The notes under the pieces are model-generated. The model was not told the origin of the DNA, did no database searches, and saw nothing but the letters and a program-made list of their open reading frames with translations. Below are positions 61,660 to 64,000 of a stretch of DNA of 64,000 bases, in pieces. The DNA comes from Tubiluchus corallicola. Lineage: Eukaryota > Animalia > Priapulida. The position numbers and the translations under genes were made by a program. The stretch covers positions 576,269 through 640,268 of the forward strand of contig JAQGDQ010000098.1 of assembly GCA_030141605.1 (NCBI GenBank), read 5' to 3'. The stretch's first letter is position 1. Every line of letters begins with the position of its first letter.

Positions 61660-63825
61660 TTGTTGTAAAATTATATGTTTACCGAGATACAAATTTCAGT
61701 TCAGTTTTCCATTATCGCCCCTCTCTCAGTCACATGATAAGTGTAATATTTTCTGTTGTTTATCGTTTATAATGCTATTTGCATACAATTTAAACGATAG
61801 TGGTAACAGTGACGGTGAACTCATGATGATGATAGAGATTTTAGTGGTTTTGGTGGTGTTGATGGTCATGGCGTTGGTAAATGATTATAAAACAAATAAG
61901 TGATGACTGTAGCTGCTGCTAACTTCTGTTAGTTATGATTACAATGATGTTCCTATAGTTACCAAGGTGATGTACTTCAGCAACGTGTACTTCTACAATG
62001 ACATTGAAGAGATGACAGTGACACTCTGTGATGACTGATGCCCATCTGCTCGAGTTACAAGTAATATAATTACTCATCTCTTGTATACAGACACTTATTT
62101 ATTGCCACATAAATGGCAAAAGTGTAATATATAGATTCCAGTTGTCACCTTCAGTAGGACAACTTTAATTTCTTGTGATCATCATAATTATTTTTAATTC
62201 TATTAGGCCTAAAATAATTTGCACTGCTTGTAATAATTTATGAAACCTGCCAACCAGATTCCAGCTACCTTATTTGAAAGAGAGAAAATTACTTATGCTG
62301 TGATCTTGTTTTCAAAAGAAATTCATTTTCACACTTGGAGAGGTAAAATTTTATATTATGTAACCACCTTGATATGTTCACAAATTTCATATTGATAACC
62401 CATAATAATAAGTAACCAATACTTAAATCAGTTTTCATTAACAAATAACAGTATAGTAATTACTTTAATATTGTAGCTTAATCAGTAACCATGCATCTGG
62501 GTGTCAAATATTTTACACTAAACTTCAATCTGCTGTGTTAAAAATCTAATGAATAAAAGATCTCATATGCTTGTATTTGATACGCATCTTTTACCTGCAC
62601 TTGACAGTTACACTAAGTCCACTGAACAATGTTGACATTAATTATAAATCAATGCAAAATTTACAATTTCTTCTGCTAAATTAACAAGAAAACCACGTGT
62701 AAGCACATCGTAGAAATGAAGACGTCGACAAGTGAACAAGTTCAATGGCATCCAGGTGCATCACCCCAAATGGTAAATTTTACGAAGCTAATTCATGTTG
62801 CCAGCGCTCAAACAGTCTTGTCGAAAAACTGTCGGGTGGTTTTCTCAGGCTTAATTATATTGCTTAATGGCAGCGTTCGTTGGACAAAAATGAGAAATAA
62901 AAGCGAATTTTTAACTGGTTGCGACTGAATTTATTTAAACAAACTGAAACCGAATTTTGCAAAATTTTCAACGAATTTCTTAGGAAAACTTTCGACCAAA
63001 ACAAAACTTTACGGGTTTTTTCTCTACTAGAAAACAAAACGAACTGAAAACTCGAAATTACACTGTTTCCGAATATCGGTGCATCCTTACATAAAATTTG
63101 TGCCCGAGTGCCAGCAAATAGATTTCGCTTTATATAAGTGGCTAGTATTTAGCAGTCAGTTGGGAAGCAGCGTGATTTAGAACAGAATAATGCAATATGT
63201 ACTGTTTTAACATTTTTAATGTTTCAAATTAAGTAAAAATGTTGTACTTGTAGATAAGATAAAAAAGGACTTTAAGTTTAAGCGAGTAACACTAGTAACA
63301 GTTCCAACTCGTAAATTTTTCGTTTGACACTCACATTTCTTATGTAAAGGCAGATGTAACCAGGTTGAGATTTTTCAGGTAACTTCAATGCATTAAAACC
63401 TATCACGATTCTGCAGGCATTACCCTAATATATCACCGCAACTTTTCACAATATATCCACGACTTTCGCGCCGATAAAAAACGAAAATTCAATGAGAGAA
63501 ACCATGACTTTGTATTTCTGAACCTCAGTAAACAATTTAAATTCACGTTAGTTTTTTTATTACGATATATTGTATAATTAAGTACGTTAGTATATTACAT
63601 ATTATACATATATTACTTATATAACATAAATAAGTATGTATGTATTGGTTTATCACATTTTACAAAAAAAACAGGACATGTAACAATAACATTGTCAATT
63701 ACAAGAGTTTGCAATGATTTATATAAAAAATAAAATTATAACAATAATAACCGTGACTGGTTAATGCATGGGTGGCAAAGAACTGAAAAGTCACCAGAGT
63801 GACCCACCCCTTTAGGTTTGTTACC

Positions 63826-63990
63826 AGGGGTGAGCACTCTCTACCAGAAATCGAATTCGAATCGAATCGAATTTGTGACTTAATCGAATCAAACCGAATT
63901 TCAGTATTTCGAATTCGAATCGAATTTAAATTGAGTTGGAAAGTTTTCAAACCCTCAGTAAAAAGCAGTTTTACAAAGATTATACATAGG
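63826..63990. mobile_element. Dispersed hAT-like repeat end with GAATC/GAATTC subterminal repeats; a related copy lies at about 20630-20715
   Basis: GGGTGAGCACTCTCTAC.AGAAA.CGAATTCGAAT ... ATTGAGTT.GAAAGTTTT is shared between 63828 onward and 20632 onward. Confidence 0.65.
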
Positions 63991-64000
63991 CCCTAGTACT

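Noticed and set aside
1-64000. Functional gene cluster (lipid enzymes PTPMT1 and PAF-AH; chromatin genes GCNA and LEDGF-like)
   Set aside because: The genes have mixed orientations and unrelated pathways, so adjacency alone is not evidence. The remaining short ORFs in the track are antisense shadows or chance frames in AT-rich DNA.

Overview
AT-rich, intron-containing nuclear DNA from an invertebrate animal; it is not prokaryotic. Manual splicing supports six protein-coding genes: MRPL30 (+), a full-length 14-exon GCNA/ACRC SprT protease (-), PTPMT1 (+), a TMED7/TMED3-type p24 protein (+), a PWWP + AT-hook + IBD gene of the LEDGF/PSIP1-HDGFL2 family (-, about 17 exons) and a PAF-acetylhydrolase (+). 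The PAF-acetylhydrolase catalytic domain is a single uninterrupted ORF that appears to lie antisense inside a late intron of the LEDGF-like gene. Introns and intergenic DNA carry many mobile-element relics: LINE RT and ORF1 fragments, pogo/Tc1-, piggyBac-, Kolobok- and hAT-type non-autonomous elements, a tRNA-like SINE remnant and a 5 x 154-bp tandem array. I found no CRISPR array, rRNA or intact tRNA, and no convincingly new biological system. The most notable features are the nested antisense gene, a likely GC-AG intron with a weak donor, a palindromic bidirectional poly(A) site, duplicated micro-exon modules in GCNA and nested transposons. All exon models and family assignments come from reading by eye and recalled family motifs, not database searches.
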